Part shown: positions 63,099 to 64,000 of the stretch, piece after piece
How positions within the stretch are numbered: the first letter of the stretch is position 1
How the letters are laid out: every line of letters begins with the position of its first letter
Assembly: GCA_045541535.1 (NCBI GenBank)
Contig: JAZQJG010000034.1
Coordinates: 86,143 to 150,142 of the forward strand
DNA length: 64,000 nucleotides
DNA from: Eubacteriales bacterium
GTDB taxonomy: Bacteria; Bacillota; Clostridia; Oscillospirales; QAKW01
Direction: 5' to 3'
Program-made: the position numbers and the translations under genes
The notes under the pieces: model-generated
Database searches by the model: none
Seen by the model: the letters and a program-made list of their open reading frames with translations, nothing else
What the model was told of the DNA's origin: nothing

Positions 63099-64000
63099 TC
63101 AGTCCAGATGGTAAACCCAACCGAAGGCATCTTCCTTCTTGCCCCACTGGATACCGGTCAAGGTATCGTAGAGATGCTGAGTCACAGCGCCGATTTCACC
63201 ATTGTTGACGGTATACTTCTGATCCTTGTAACAAAGCTCGCCGATGGGAGAAATAACCGCAGCAGTGCCGCAACCCCAGGCTTCCTTCAGAGTGCCGTTT
63301 TCCATAGCCTCGGCCAGTTCGTCAATGCTCAGCAGTCTTTCACTGACTTTATAACCCTCCTTGCGCAGAACTTCCAAGCAGGACATTCTGGTAATACCGG
63401 GCAAAATGGAGCCGGAGAGCATGGGAGTAACGATCTCGTCACCGATGAGGAACATAACGTTCATAGCGCCAACCTCTTCGATGTACTTTCTTTCTACACC
63501 GTCCAGCCACAGAACCTGAGAATAGCCCTTCTGTGCGGCGCGCTCACCAGCACGGGTGGAAGCGGCATAGTTACCGCCACACTTGGCATATCCGGTACCG
63601 CCGCGAACAGCGCGAACGTCCTCGTCCTCAATCATAATCTTTACGGGATTGATACCCTCGGCATAGTAACTGCCAACGGGAGAAGCGATGATCACGAAGG
63701 TGGCGTTGTGCACGGTGTGCACGCCCAAAGATTCGTCGTTACCATACAGGAAGGGACGCAGATACAGCGAGGTACCCTCGGCAGAAGGAGTCCAATCCTG
63801 CTCACATTTTACAAACTCAGTCAGCGCTTCAAAAGCGATTTCCTCGGGAATTTCAGGTAGGCAGAGACGCTCGGCAGAGCGATTCATTCTACGGATGTTT
63901 TCCATAGGACGGAACATCTGTACCTTACCGTCCGCACGACGATAGGCCTTCAGGCCCTCAAAAATCTCAGCACCGTAATGAAGAACGGTGGAGGCAGGAT
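63099..64000 (-). CDS. ilvE: Branched-chain amino acid aminotransferase (5' end beyond window)
   Basis: The frame is open to the window edge (…HYGAEIFEGLKAYRRADGKVQMFRP…). Class IV aminotransferase motifs are present, including GGTGYAKCGGNYAAS. Confidence 0.92.
   Translation of the reverse strand, partial: PASTVLHYGAEIFEGLKAYRRADGKVQMFRPMENIRRMNRSAERLCLPEIPEEIAFEALTEFVKCEQDWTPSAEGTSLYLRPFLYGNDESLGVHTVHNATFVIIASPVGSYYAEGINPVKIMIEDEDVRAVRGGTGYAKCGGNYAASTRAGERAAQKGYSQVLWLDGVERKYIEEVGAMNVMFLIGDEIVTPMLSGSILPGITRMSCLEVLRKEGYKVSERLLSIDELAEAMENGTLKEAWGCGTAAVISPIGELCYKDQKYTVNNGEIGAVTQHLYDTLTGIQWGKKEDAFGWVYHLD

Overview
This looks like a chromosomal segment of a spore-forming Firmicute. I infer class Clostridia from the spoIIAA-spoIIAB-sigF operon, SLH-anchored surface proteins, NfnAB, and T-box leaders on thrS and valS. 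I call about 57 protein genes, almost all on the minus strand from 16.9 kb onward. There are three tRNAs: Leu-CAG, Leu-GAG and Ser-GGA. There are three T-box leaders, with specifiers read by eye as ACC/Thr, GUA/Val and CUC/Leu.

Most content is housekeeping. It covers DNA repair (ung, radC, pcrA, hypoxanthine-DNA glycosylase), a pst phosphate transporter, a deoC-deoB-cdd-pdp nucleoside operon, copA, azlCD, mscL and ppa. A Wzx/Wzy-type surface-polysaccharide locus of about 17 kb spans 38.4-55.5 kb. It carries the UDP-L-FucNAc genes (fnlABC/capEFG-like), nine transferases, and a visibly AT-richer central cassette.

I saw no rRNA, CRISPR array, transposase, integrase or phage genes.

Four items deserve follow-up:
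1. A Leu (CUC) T-box drives a non-canonical operon (58.0-63.1 kb) next to ilvE. The operon encodes a catalytically degenerate LeuA paralog, a TIM-barrel::acyl-CoA-ligase fusion, and an amidohydrolase.
2. A 180-bp non-coding array of ATTTCA/TGAAAT-punctuated mini-hairpins (14.2-14.4 kb) sits in two divergent halves between terminators.
3. The PstS binding protein appears circularly permuted.
4. An orphan PqqD-like (RiPP-recognition-element-like) gene has its own promoter and terminator.

All calls come from reading the sequence and the ORF track. No database searches were run.
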